Of a stretch of 36,575 nt of DNA, positions 1 through 7,397 are shown piece after piece. The translations under genes were made by a program, and so were the position numbers. The notes below the pieces were generated by a model. It was not told the DNA's origin, searched no databases, and was given only the letters and a program-made list of their open reading frames with translations. Source of the stretch: Patescibacteria group bacterium (GTDB lineage Bacteria; Patescibacteriota; Patescibacteriia; Patescibacteriales; UBA12075); assembly GCA_034659435.1 (NCBI GenBank), contig JAYEHJ010000087.1, positions 1-36,575 on the forward strand, in the 5' to 3' direction. Every line of letters begins with the position of its first letter. The stretch's first letter is position 1.

Positions 1-68
1 CGTAAATTATAAATTTTTTGTCAGCCTGGGTTTTAAAACCCAGGCTGACAAAAAATTTATAATTTACG
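1..68. terminator. perfect 68-nt palindrome; bidirectional intrinsic terminator after pilC
   Basis: Positions 1-34 are the exact reverse complement of 35-68. The GC core gtcagcctggg/cccaggctgac is flanked by T and A runs. It lies 8 nt beyond the pilC stop and may extend past the window edge. Confidence 0.6.
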
Positions 69-76
69 GAAAAACA

Positions 77-1225
77 TTAAATGGACTCTGTAATACTATA
101 CATTGGCATTATAATCGCGATCGCGACGCCGCCAACGCCAAAACCCAACACAAGAATTAACAATGGCTCAATAATCGCCGGTAGATTTTCCATAACCTGA
201 TCAACCTCTTCTTCGTAAAATTCAGCTAATTCAACTAAAATATTATCAAGCTCTCCTGTTTCTTCGCCAACCGCAATCATTTGCGCCACAACCGGGGTAA
301 AAAGTTTGGGGTAGGAATCAATCGCTTCGCTTAATTTTCCGCCTTGCTTGATTTTTTGCGCCATATCCAAAAGAGCTTCGCGGTAATGAAGATTGCCCAG
401 CACATTGGCGGTAATTTGAAAGGTTTTAATTATCATAATATCGGTTTTTAAAAGGGAGCTTATGTTGCGGGCAAAACGAGCTAAATTAATTTTTTTGATT
501 ATCGTGGAAAAAATCGGCATTTTAAGAAGCATTGCTTGAAATATATATTTTCCTTTATAAGTTTTAATCGTTTTTATAAAAGATATGACAACAATAATAA
601 AAATTGCCAAAGAAAGCAATCCATTATTGACAATCGCGTCGCTGACTCCGATTAAAATTTTAGTCGGCAAAGGCAGTTCAGTGTCCATTTCGGCAAACAT
701 ATCGGTAATTTTAGGTATTATAAAAACAATCATGAACGTTCCAATGCCAAACATGGCTATAAGTATTATCACCGGATATGTAAGCGCGCCTTTGATTTTT
801 GATCTTAGCTTGTGGTCTTTTTTCATTTGCAGATACAATTGGCTTAACACATCTTCAAGTTTTCCTGAAAGTTCTCCGGCTTCCACCATGCTGACAAACA
901 GCTCGCCGAATATTTTTTTATGAGGCGTTAAAGCTTCTGTGAAGCTTTTTCCTTTTTCAACTTGTTCTCCTGTGTCAGTTAAAATTTTTTTAAAATATTT
1001 ATTTTCAGTTTGCTTGGCAAGAGTTTTTAGCGCTATTGACAATGATATGCCGGATTTAAGCATCACCCCCAAATGCTGCACAAAAAATAGCTTTTCTTTT
1101 AACGGCACGCACGAAAGAGTTAGTAAAAAGCCGTTAATTTTTTCAATAATACTTTTATTTTCCTCAATATCGCCAGTGCTGTTTTCCGTATTTTTAATTT
1201 GTTTTTTAGAAAAATTTACAGGCAT
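77..1225 (-). CDS. pilC: type IV pilus / type II secretion platform protein (GspF/PilC family)
   Basis: 382-aa ORF with ATG at 1225. Two tandem T2SS-F-like halves, each a helical cytoplasmic segment followed by TM helices. Lies 44 nt downstream of a GspE-type ATPase gene on the same strand. Confidence 0.85.
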   Translation of the reverse strand: MPVNFSKKQIKNTENSTGDIEENKSIIEKINGFLLTLSCVPLKEKLFFVQHLGVMLKSGISLSIALKTLAKQTENKYFKKILTDTGEQVEKGKSFTEALTPHKKIFGELFVSMVEAGELSGKLEDVLSQLYLQMKKDHKLRSKIKGALTYPVIILIAMFGIGTFMIVFIIPKITDMFAEMDTELPLPTKILIGVSDAIVNNGLLSLAIFIIVVISFIKTIKTYKGKYIFQAMLLKMPIFSTIIKKINLARFARNISSLLKTDIMIIKTFQITANVLGNLHYREALLDMAQKIKQGGKLSEAIDSYPKLFTPVVAQMIAVGEETGELDNILVELAEFYEEEVDQVMENLPAIIEPLLILVLGFGVGGVAIAIIMPMYSITESI

Positions 1226-1269
1226 ATAATAATTTATGATGTTAGATTTATGATTTACGATTTAATTTA

Positions 1270-3006
1270 TTATTCCTTTGTTACCCTCATTATTTCTTCT
1301 ATTGTGGTGATGCCGTTTTTAGCTTTAATAAAGCCGTCTTCAACCATTGTTAGCATTCCTTTTTTAACTGCTTGTTTGTTTATTTCGTTTGTATCCGTGT
1401 TTTTTCGTATAAGATCGGATATTTCTTCGGTATTTTCAAGAATTTCATATATTCCTATCCGTCCTTTATAGCCGGTGTTGCTGCAGCGCTTACAGCCTTT
1501 GCCGCGATAAAATAGCAATGACTCCAGACCCTTTTTAGCGTCAATAATAATTTTTTCTTTTTCAAGTGTTTTTAAAAGATTTTCAATGCTTAGCTGTTTT
1601 TCCAGTTCTTTTATTGTTTCTCCGTCAAGATTAAAACTTTGAATGCAATTTGGGCATATTTTTCTCACCAGGCGCTGGGCGATGATTATGTTGGTGGTGG
1701 TGGCGATTAAAAATGTTGGAATTCCCATTTCCGACAATCTGGGCATAGTTGCCGCGGCGCTGTTAGTATGTATAGTTGATAAAACCAAATGTCCAGTCAT
1801 AGCGGCATGCACGGCGATTTCGGCGGTTTCCCGGTCGCGGATTTCTCCGACCATTATAATATCCGGATCTTGCCGCAAAAACGCCCTTAGACCGGAAGCG
1901 AAAGTATAGCCGATTTTCGCGTTTACCTGCGATTGGTTGACATGCGGCATCCGGTATTCAATAGGATCTTCAACGGTGGATATATTAACTTCGGGCGTGT
2001 TTAAAATATTTAAAACAGTATAAAGCGTGGTGGTTTTTCCAGAACCGGTAGGACCGGTTACCAGTATTATTCCATGCGGTTTTTTAACGTTTGCTTTCAA
2101 AACTTTAAGCGGTGTGGATTGCAGTCCCAATTGTTCCAGAGTTAAAACTTGGGCTTTTTCATTAAGAAGCCTTAGGACGATTTTTTCTCCGTCAAAGGCT
2201 GGAATAATTGATACGCGGAAAGCGACCTTGTATTCATTAGTCGCTATTTTAAAACGCCCGTCTTGAGGAAGCCGATGTTCGTCAACTTTTAGGTTGGCAA
2301 GTATTTTAATGCGCGCTATAATTCCAGACTGGACGGTTTTCGGCAAAACCATAACATTTCTTAAAATTCCATCAATGCGATAACGCACTAAAACATTTTT
2401 TTCTTCAGGTTCAATGTGGATATCACTTGCGCCCTCAATGATTGAATATTCAAGCAAAGTGTCAACAATGCGCACTACCGGCAAATCCGCGGCCAGTTTT
2501 TTTAAATCTTTTGTCTCTTCAGGTTCGTCTTCGCCGCCGTCTTTGTCGCCGCTTAAATAATTAAATTCAGCCTTTAAACTTTTATGATATTGCTTAAGAG
2601 TTTCTTTAATATTTTCCGGAGTAGTCAAGCTGATGTTAATGTCCAGTCCGGTTTTTTTCTTAATAAATTCAAATATTTCCAAATCCTCAGGGTCGGTAAC
2701 CGCCAATTTAATTTCTTTATTATCAGCGTCATAAGCTATGATTTTATGAGTTGTTGCTATCGGTTCCGGAATTAAAAATAATATATCTTTGCGGATTGTT
2801 TGGTTTTTTAAATCTATAAAAGGAATTTTGTAATAAGCGGCGGCGTTTTCATACAGAACTAAGGGTGTTATTATTTTTTTTTCAATCAAAAAAAATTCCA
2901 TTTTTTTTCCGTTTTGCCTGGCTTCCAGCAATAGGGAGTCAAATTTTTCAGGATTTAATATTTCCGCTTTGACTAAAATGTTTTTTAATTGTTTGTCTGA
3001 AAACAT
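1270..3006 (-). CDS. pilB: type IV pilus assembly ATPase (GspE/PilB family)
   Basis: 578 aa. N-terminal GSPII_E_N-like region, Walker A GPTGSGKTT, Walker B-like IIMVGEIRD, tetracysteine CPNC...CKRC typical of PilB/GspE. Confidence 0.9.
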   Translation of the reverse strand: MFSDKQLKNILVKAEILNPEKFDSLLLEARQNGKKMEFFLIEKKIITPLVLYENAAAYYKIPFIDLKNQTIRKDILFLIPEPIATTHKIIAYDADNKEIKLAVTDPEDLEIFEFIKKKTGLDINISLTTPENIKETLKQYHKSLKAEFNYLSGDKDGGEDEPEETKDLKKLAADLPVVRIVDTLLEYSIIEGASDIHIEPEEKNVLVRYRIDGILRNVMVLPKTVQSGIIARIKILANLKVDEHRLPQDGRFKIATNEYKVAFRVSIIPAFDGEKIVLRLLNEKAQVLTLEQLGLQSTPLKVLKANVKKPHGIILVTGPTGSGKTTTLYTVLNILNTPEVNISTVEDPIEYRMPHVNQSQVNAKIGYTFASGLRAFLRQDPDIIMVGEIRDRETAEIAVHAAMTGHLVLSTIHTNSAAATMPRLSEMGIPTFLIATTTNIIIAQRLVRKICPNCIQSFNLDGETIKELEKQLSIENLLKTLEKEKIIIDAKKGLESLLFYRGKGCKRCSNTGYKGRIGIYEILENTEEISDLIRKNTDTNEINKQAVKKGMLTMVEDGFIKAKNGITTIEEIMRVTKE

Positions 3007-3012
3007 AAATTT

Positions 3013-3018
3013 ATTATA
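3013..3018 (-). promoter_or_regulatory. TATAAT box 6 nt upstream of the pilB ATG (leaderless-type promoter candidate)
   Basis: The minus strand reads gcTATAATaaatttATG. Confidence 0.35.
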
Positions 3019-3035
3019 GCATATTTTAAAAGAAT

Positions 3036-3119
3036 ATTACAAATTACAAATAGCTGCAAATAACACAAATATTATATAATAAATTTTTTTATTATTTGTA
3101 GCTATTTGTAATTTGTAAT
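3036..3119. repeat. 28-nt-arm AT-rich inverted repeat upstream of pilB
   Basis: attacaaattacaaatagctgcaaataa (3036-63) versus ttatttgtagctatttgtaatttgtaat (3092-3119): one mismatch. Confidence 0.75.
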
Positions 3120-3143
3120 CTTAATATTTCTTTAATTTTTATA

Positions 3144-3152
3144 TGTTATAGT
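3144..3152 (+). promoter_or_regulatory. extended -10 (TGtTATAGT) with no CDS immediately downstream
   Basis: tatatgttatagtaaaag matches TGnTATAGT. A hairpin plus U-run follows about 100 nt downstream. Confidence 0.3.
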
Positions 3153-3252
3153 AAAAGTGAAAAAGAGGGAAACAGGGATTATTTCAAGTTATGTGATAAT
3201 TCTTGTGGGAAACTGGTTTTTGGATAGCATACGCAGGTTAAGAATGGGATAC

Positions 3253-3285
3253 AAAAGCTCCAACTTTTTGGAGTTTTTGTTTTTA
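3253..3285 (+). terminator. plus-strand hairpin plus U-run with no upstream CDS (end of a candidate sRNA or leader)
   Basis: ctccaa cttt ttggag followed by tttttgttttt. Confidence 0.35.
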
Positions 3286-3317
3286 TGTGCTATTATAAAA
3301 ATATAATTATTAACATG

Positions 3318-3351
3318 CTCGGTTTCGCAAAGCCGAGTAATTATTTTTTTT
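3318..3351 (+). terminator. second plus-strand hairpin plus U-run abutting the ATG at 3352
   Basis: ctcggttt cgca aagccgag (8 bp including one G-U pair), then taattatttttttt running into the start codon. Confidence 0.35.
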
Positions 3352-3702
3352 ATGGCTAATTTACAAGAAATTTTTAATCGCTTGCAAAAAACAAAAAAAG
3401 AACAGCGTGAAATCAAAGCAATGTACCGCGATGCTTTAAAAAATTCAAGCGGACACAAGGCGGTTTTGGATGAAGTCGTGAAGTTAAAAGAAAAGAAGAA
3501 AATAATTGAAGATGGGATTCAGGATGATTTTCGGGTGGAGTTTGACAAGCTGGAAGTTTTAAAAGCTGACATTGAAAATGACTCCATGCTTTTAAGCGAC
3601 GCGGCTTTATCGGAATACTTAAAAGGCAAGGGTGTGGAAATAATTGATGAGTATGAAAATAAGTATGAGCCGATTTTTAAAGTGCAGTTTAAAAAAATAT
3701 AA
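3352..3702 (+). CDS. hypothetical charged, helical (coiled-coil-like) protein, 116 aa
   Basis: ATG ORF followed by an intrinsic terminator at 3708-3746. No recognisable motif. Confidence 0.5.
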   Translation: MANLQEIFNRLQKTKKEQREIKAMYRDALKNSSGHKAVLDEVVKLKEKKKIIEDGIQDDFRVEFDKLEVLKADIENDSMLLSDAALSEYLKGKGVEIIDEYENKYEPIFKVQFKKI

Positions 3703-3707
3703 ACAAT

Positions 3708-3746
3708 AAAGACTTGATGCAGTTTTTACAATCAGGTCTTTTTTTG
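3708..3746 (+). terminator. intrinsic terminator of the 116-aa ORF
   Basis: aaagacttgat / atcaggtcttt stem (one G-U pair) followed by a run of T. Confidence 0.6.
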
Positions 3747-3843
3747 TGATTCATTTTTAAGCCGCATTTAATTCTTGGCTGTTGGTTATTTTACGTCAGC
3801 TTGAATTTTTTATTAAAATTAGGTATAATATTGGTATAGGTTT

Positions 3844-4563
3844 ATGAAATATATTAAAGACAGAAAAACGGGTAAAATAGCTTTGTTCGTGTTTGGTGTT
3901 GCTTTTATTTTTTTACTCGCGTTTTGCGATTTTAAAAAGCAAAATATCCAAAATAGTAATGATTGGGAAAATGAAGTGCTGTATGCCGATGAGTGCGGTT
4001 TTGACGGTTTGCGATGCTGTGATGACGTGGAACAACAATGTAAATTCGGGCAAAATTGCTGTGTCAACCCAAGAAACGAGAAAGAAAATTATTGCGCTGA
4101 AAGCTGTGATTTTGGCAAAGAAAACACATTCTGCCGTAATGAAAATTTCGCTTGCGACTCAGGTCTTGTTTGTGAAAATAGCCGTTGTTTGCCATGCGGA
4201 GGAGAAGATCAGCTTTGTTGCGGCAAAGAATATTCTTGCAAAAATTCGTTGATTTGCTTTAATGATAAATGCGTCAGCTGCGGACAAGCGGGATATCCTT
4301 GCTGTGATTCTGAATTGCCATGCTTAAAGCAAAATAATCTCGGAAATACGCGGACAGAATGCCGTAATAAAATTTGCCGGTCTTGCGGTTATGGTGGAGC
4401 AGAGCCCTGCGCGAATGAGCCGTTTTGCAATCCGGATACTTTAAATAATAATAACTTATGCTACAAATGCGGAGGATTAAATCAACCTTGCTGTGATGAA
4501 AAAAGCTGTAATTTAGAAAAAAATTTAGTATGTGAATTAGGATTTTGCGTTAAAAAAAATTAA
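3844..4563 (+). CDS. cysteine-rich repeat protein with N-terminal signal/anchor (secreted or surface)
   Basis: 239 aa. N-terminal KDRKTGK followed by the hydrophobic stretch IALFVFGVAFIFLLAFC. 35 Cys in total. About six modules of pattern CG-x3-5-CC-x3-5-C-x4-11-C-x3-5-C. Confidence 0.7.
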   Translation: MKYIKDRKTGKIALFVFGVAFIFLLAFCDFKKQNIQNSNDWENEVLYADECGFDGLRCCDDVEQQCKFGQNCCVNPRNEKENYCAESCDFGKENTFCRNENFACDSGLVCENSRCLPCGGEDQLCCGKEYSCKNSLICFNDKCVSCGQAGYPCCDSELPCLKQNNLGNTRTECRNKICRSCGYGGAEPCANEPFCNPDTLNNNNLCYKCGGLNQPCCDEKSCNLEKNLVCELGFCVKKN

Positions 4564-4589
4564 ATATTAATATTAACTTAAACAATAAT

Positions 4590-4817
4590 ATGCAAAACTT
4601 ATTCAAAGAAATTAATAAAAAAGTTAATGGCCTTATTTGGTCGCTTTTAAGCACTGGCATAATTTTAATGCTTTTGGCGATTTTAATTGTTTGGACTGAT
4701 TTTATTTTACGGCTGGTTATCGGCATGTTTATTTTGGTGCTTGCTTACGCTTTTATATACGGCGCCTATAAAGTATGGTCAATAAAACGCGAAGTGGATA
4801 GGCATTTTAAATTTTAG
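4590..4817 (+). CDS. small two-TM membrane protein, 75 aa
   Basis: ATG ORF with two clear hydrophobic helices, 26 nt after the Cys-rich gene. Confidence 0.5.
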   Translation: MQNLFKEINKKVNGLIWSLLSTGIILMLLAILIVWTDFILRLVIGMFILVLAYAFIYGAYKVWSIKREVDRHFKF

Positions 4818-4874
4818 TGAAAAATAAAAAACATGCTAATTTAATAATTTGTATATTAGTAAAATTCGTAGTAT

Positions 4875-6536
4875 ATGGTAAACCCAAATTTAAGCAGAAT
4901 ATCTGAAAAAAAATTAACGCCTACGATTAACGCTAAGCGTCTTTTTCAGATTATATATCGCGAACAATCAAAAGCGGAAGCAAAAGAAGACGAAGTTCCA
5001 AAAATAAATGTTTCGGAATTAATCTCCAAGATGTCTTTTTATTATGAAAAAATTAGGAACACGGTTGATTATAAAGAAGAACACCTTCTTAGAAAAAATG
5101 CGATTGAAAGAATTATTAAAAGAAAAGTCGTAATTGAAGGCACGATATCGGTAAAAGGTGTAAATAGCGTTGAAATAGCAAGACATCTGTTAACAGAATT
5201 AATCAGAGCGGCGTATTTGCCCAATAATTCAATTCCGGAAACTAAAATTGGCGAGGTAGCGAAAACTATTAAAAAATATTTAGATTTAAAAAGAGCGATT
5301 GCAAAAGTAAAAGGCTGGGGATTATCTGAAAAAAATGATTTGAATAATTGGATAATAGCTTTAGCGGCAAGCGATATTGAAGAGCGCTTAGGCTTAAGCA
5401 AAATTAACAGAACCGTGGTTGATTATATAAATAAAATTTTGCTTAAAAATATTGAATTGCCTGGTGATTCCGAATATGAGACAGATAAAGAAATTCAAAT
5501 ATTTTTAGGGATACATAGGTGTTACTTAAAATTTGACCGCGATATGATGAGCTTTATACTTTTTAAATATTATGTAGCCGATTGGAAAAATCCGAATGCG
5601 GAAAAAATTGAAGAGGTTGCCGCAAAAATAGTTTTTTTGCGAAAAGCGATTAACAAACAGCTTGAACACCCGATGGTTAAACAGCTTAATCGGATTATTA
5701 GCCGTTATACTGTTTTTTTTGCGATTTTAACCGACGTAATTAAAGAAAATCCAGTAGCGGTTTATGAAAGTATCAAGAAGGATCCAAAGGTTTTTCCGCG
5801 TGAAATAAAAAAAGCCTGCGGCAAAAAATACAAAGAGTCTTCCAAAAAATTGTGGCGAGCCGCTGTCAGAAGCATAATTTATATTTTTATTACAAAATCG
5901 GTTTTTGCCGTATTATTAGAGCTTCCGGCGACAAAATGGTTTGGCGAGGAGCTTAATGTTATTTCGTTGATTATTAATATTAGTTTTCCGGCAGTTCTTT
6001 TGTTTTTTATTGTTTTATTCACTAAAATGCCGTCTGAAGATAATAGTAATAAGATTAAAGAAGGAATTGAAGAAGTCGTTTTTGAAGAGCATGAACGCAA
6101 AGAGCCGTTTCGCTTGCGCAAGCCGGCGCGCCGCAGCAAAAGCATGGGGCTTATTTTCGGAATTTTATATTTCATAACTTTCTTTTTTTCATTTGGAGCT
6201 GTTATTTGGGCATTAAATAAAATTAATTTTACATGGGTAAGCATTGTAATTTTTTTATTTTTCTTAACGTTTGTCAGTTTTTTTAGCATTCGTATCCGCA
6301 AGAACGCCCGAGATATGATTATTATTCCGCCGCGGGAAAATATTTTAAGTTTTATCAGCGACTTTTTTTATATTCCGATTGTTGCCGTCGGCAAGTGGAT
6401 GAGCGAAAAATTTTCTCAAGTAAATGTTTTTGTGTTTATCCTTGATTTTATAATAGAAGCTCCGTTTAAAATTTTTGTTGAAATCGCTGAAGAGTGGACA
6501 AGGTATGTGCGTGAAAGGAAGGAGGATATTGTGTAA
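4875..6536 (+). CDS. hypothetical membrane protein: about 330-aa soluble helical N-domain plus about 4 C-terminal TM helices
   Basis: 553-aa uninterrupted ORF. TM segments from about residue 330. No family recognised by eye. Confidence 0.7.
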   Translation: MVNPNLSRISEKKLTPTINAKRLFQIIYREQSKAEAKEDEVPKINVSELISKMSFYYEKIRNTVDYKEEHLLRKNAIERIIKRKVVIEGTISVKGVNSVEIARHLLTELIRAAYLPNNSIPETKIGEVAKTIKKYLDLKRAIAKVKGWGLSEKNDLNNWIIALAASDIEERLGLSKINRTVVDYINKILLKNIELPGDSEYETDKEIQIFLGIHRCYLKFDRDMMSFILFKYYVADWKNPNAEKIEEVAAKIVFLRKAINKQLEHPMVKQLNRIISRYTVFFAILTDVIKENPVAVYESIKKDPKVFPREIKKACGKKYKESSKKLWRAAVRSIIYIFITKSVFAVLLELPATKWFGEELNVISLIINISFPAVLLFFIVLFTKMPSEDNSNKIKEGIEEVVFEEHERKEPFRLRKPARRSKSMGLIFGILYFITFFFSFGAVIWALNKINFTWVSIVIFLFFLTFVSFFSIRIRKNARDMIIIPPRENILSFISDFFYIPIVAVGKWMSEKFSQVNVFVFILDFIIEAPFKIFVEIAEEWTRYVRERKEDIV

Positions 6537-6612
6537 TTTATGATTTATGATTTTGAATTTATGATTTTAATGTATTATAAATTTTTTAAATCTGAAATCA
6601 TAAATCATAAAT
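6536..6612 (+). terminator. AT-rich 18-bp hairpin (atttatgatttatgattt / aaatcataaatcataaat)
   Basis: Perfect 18-bp complementarity between 6536-6553 and 6595-6612, starting at the last base of the 553-aa ORF stop codon (6534-6536). Terminator function is inferred. Confidence 0.4.
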
Positions 6613-6625
6613 CTAAAATTATAAC

Positions 6626-7384
6626 ATGCTATATATAGTTGCCACGCCAATCGGTAATCTGGAAGATATATCACTTCGCGCGTTAAGAATTCTCGGCGAA
6701 GTTGATTTTGTTTTATGCGAAGATACGCGGGTGACCAAAAAGCTGTTAGAGTATTATAAAGTTAAAACCAAAACAATTTCTTATCATCAGCATTCGGGTA
6801 TTAAAAAACAGGATTATCTTTTGGGGTTATTGGAAGCAGGTAAAGATTTGGCGCTGGTGTCTGATGCCGGTACGCCTGGTATATCAGATCCCGGCGGCAA
6901 ACTGGTATCTGCTGTGATTGAAAAATTTGGTGAATCAATTAAAATTGAATCTGTTCCTGGTCCTTCCGCGGTTACAGCCGCGTTATCAATATCAGGAATA
7001 GCAACTGATAAATTCATATTTTTAGGATTTCCTCCGCATAAGAAGGGACGACAGAAATTTTTGCAAAAAATAGTTGACAGTATTTTTCCGGTTGTAATTT
7101 ATGAGTCAAAACATCGGATACTTAAATTTTTGGAAGAGTTAAAAAAGATAAATCAGAATATTGTTAAGCATAATCAAGAAATTGATGAGCAAAAAAGCAA
7201 GGACATAATCAGACCTAAAAATTTACCTAGAAAAATAAATTTAATTACATCAGTCGTCGTTTGCCGTGAGTTGTCAAAAATGCACGAAACGGTTTATCGC
7301 GGAGAGCTTTCTGATGTTATTGATAAAATTAAAAATAGCCATAATGATCAAAGAGGGGAGTTTGTGGTTATAGTTGGGAGATAA
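6626..7384 (+). CDS. rsmI: 16S rRNA (cytidine1402-2'-O)-methyltransferase
   Basis: N-terminus LYIVATPIGNLEDISLRALRIL...CEDTR and SDAGTPGISDPG are the tetrapyrrole-methylase-fold RsmI signatures. Confidence 0.9.
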   Translation: MLYIVATPIGNLEDISLRALRILGEVDFVLCEDTRVTKKLLEYYKVKTKTISYHQHSGIKKQDYLLGLLEAGKDLALVSDAGTPGISDPGGKLVSAVIEKFGESIKIESVPGPSAVTAALSISGIATDKFIFLGFPPHKKGRQKFLQKIVDSIFPVVIYESKHRILKFLEELKKINQNIVKHNQEIDEQKSKDIIRPKNLPRKINLITSVVVCRELSKMHETVYRGELSDVIDKIKNSHNDQRGEFVVIVGR

Positions 7385-7397
7385 TAAAGTAAAAATT

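Noticed and set aside
3189-3458. 89-aa minus-strand ORF spanning the spacer and the start of the 116-aa gene.
   Set aside because: It overlaps the plus-strand ORF start and two plus-strand hairpin/U-run structures. It has an odd Cys- and Lys-rich composition and no start context.
3893-4252. 119-aa alternative-frame ORF inside the Cys-rich gene.
   Set aside because: It lies on the same strand, frame-shifted within a longer ORF that has a signal sequence and a regular Cys-module repeat. It has no independent support.
7374-7397. TTG start for metG at 7374, overlapping rsmI.
   Set aside because: The conserved MetRS N-terminus begins just after the ATG at 7398. The TTG extension adds 8 unconserved residues. 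I cannot exclude it without orthologue alignment.
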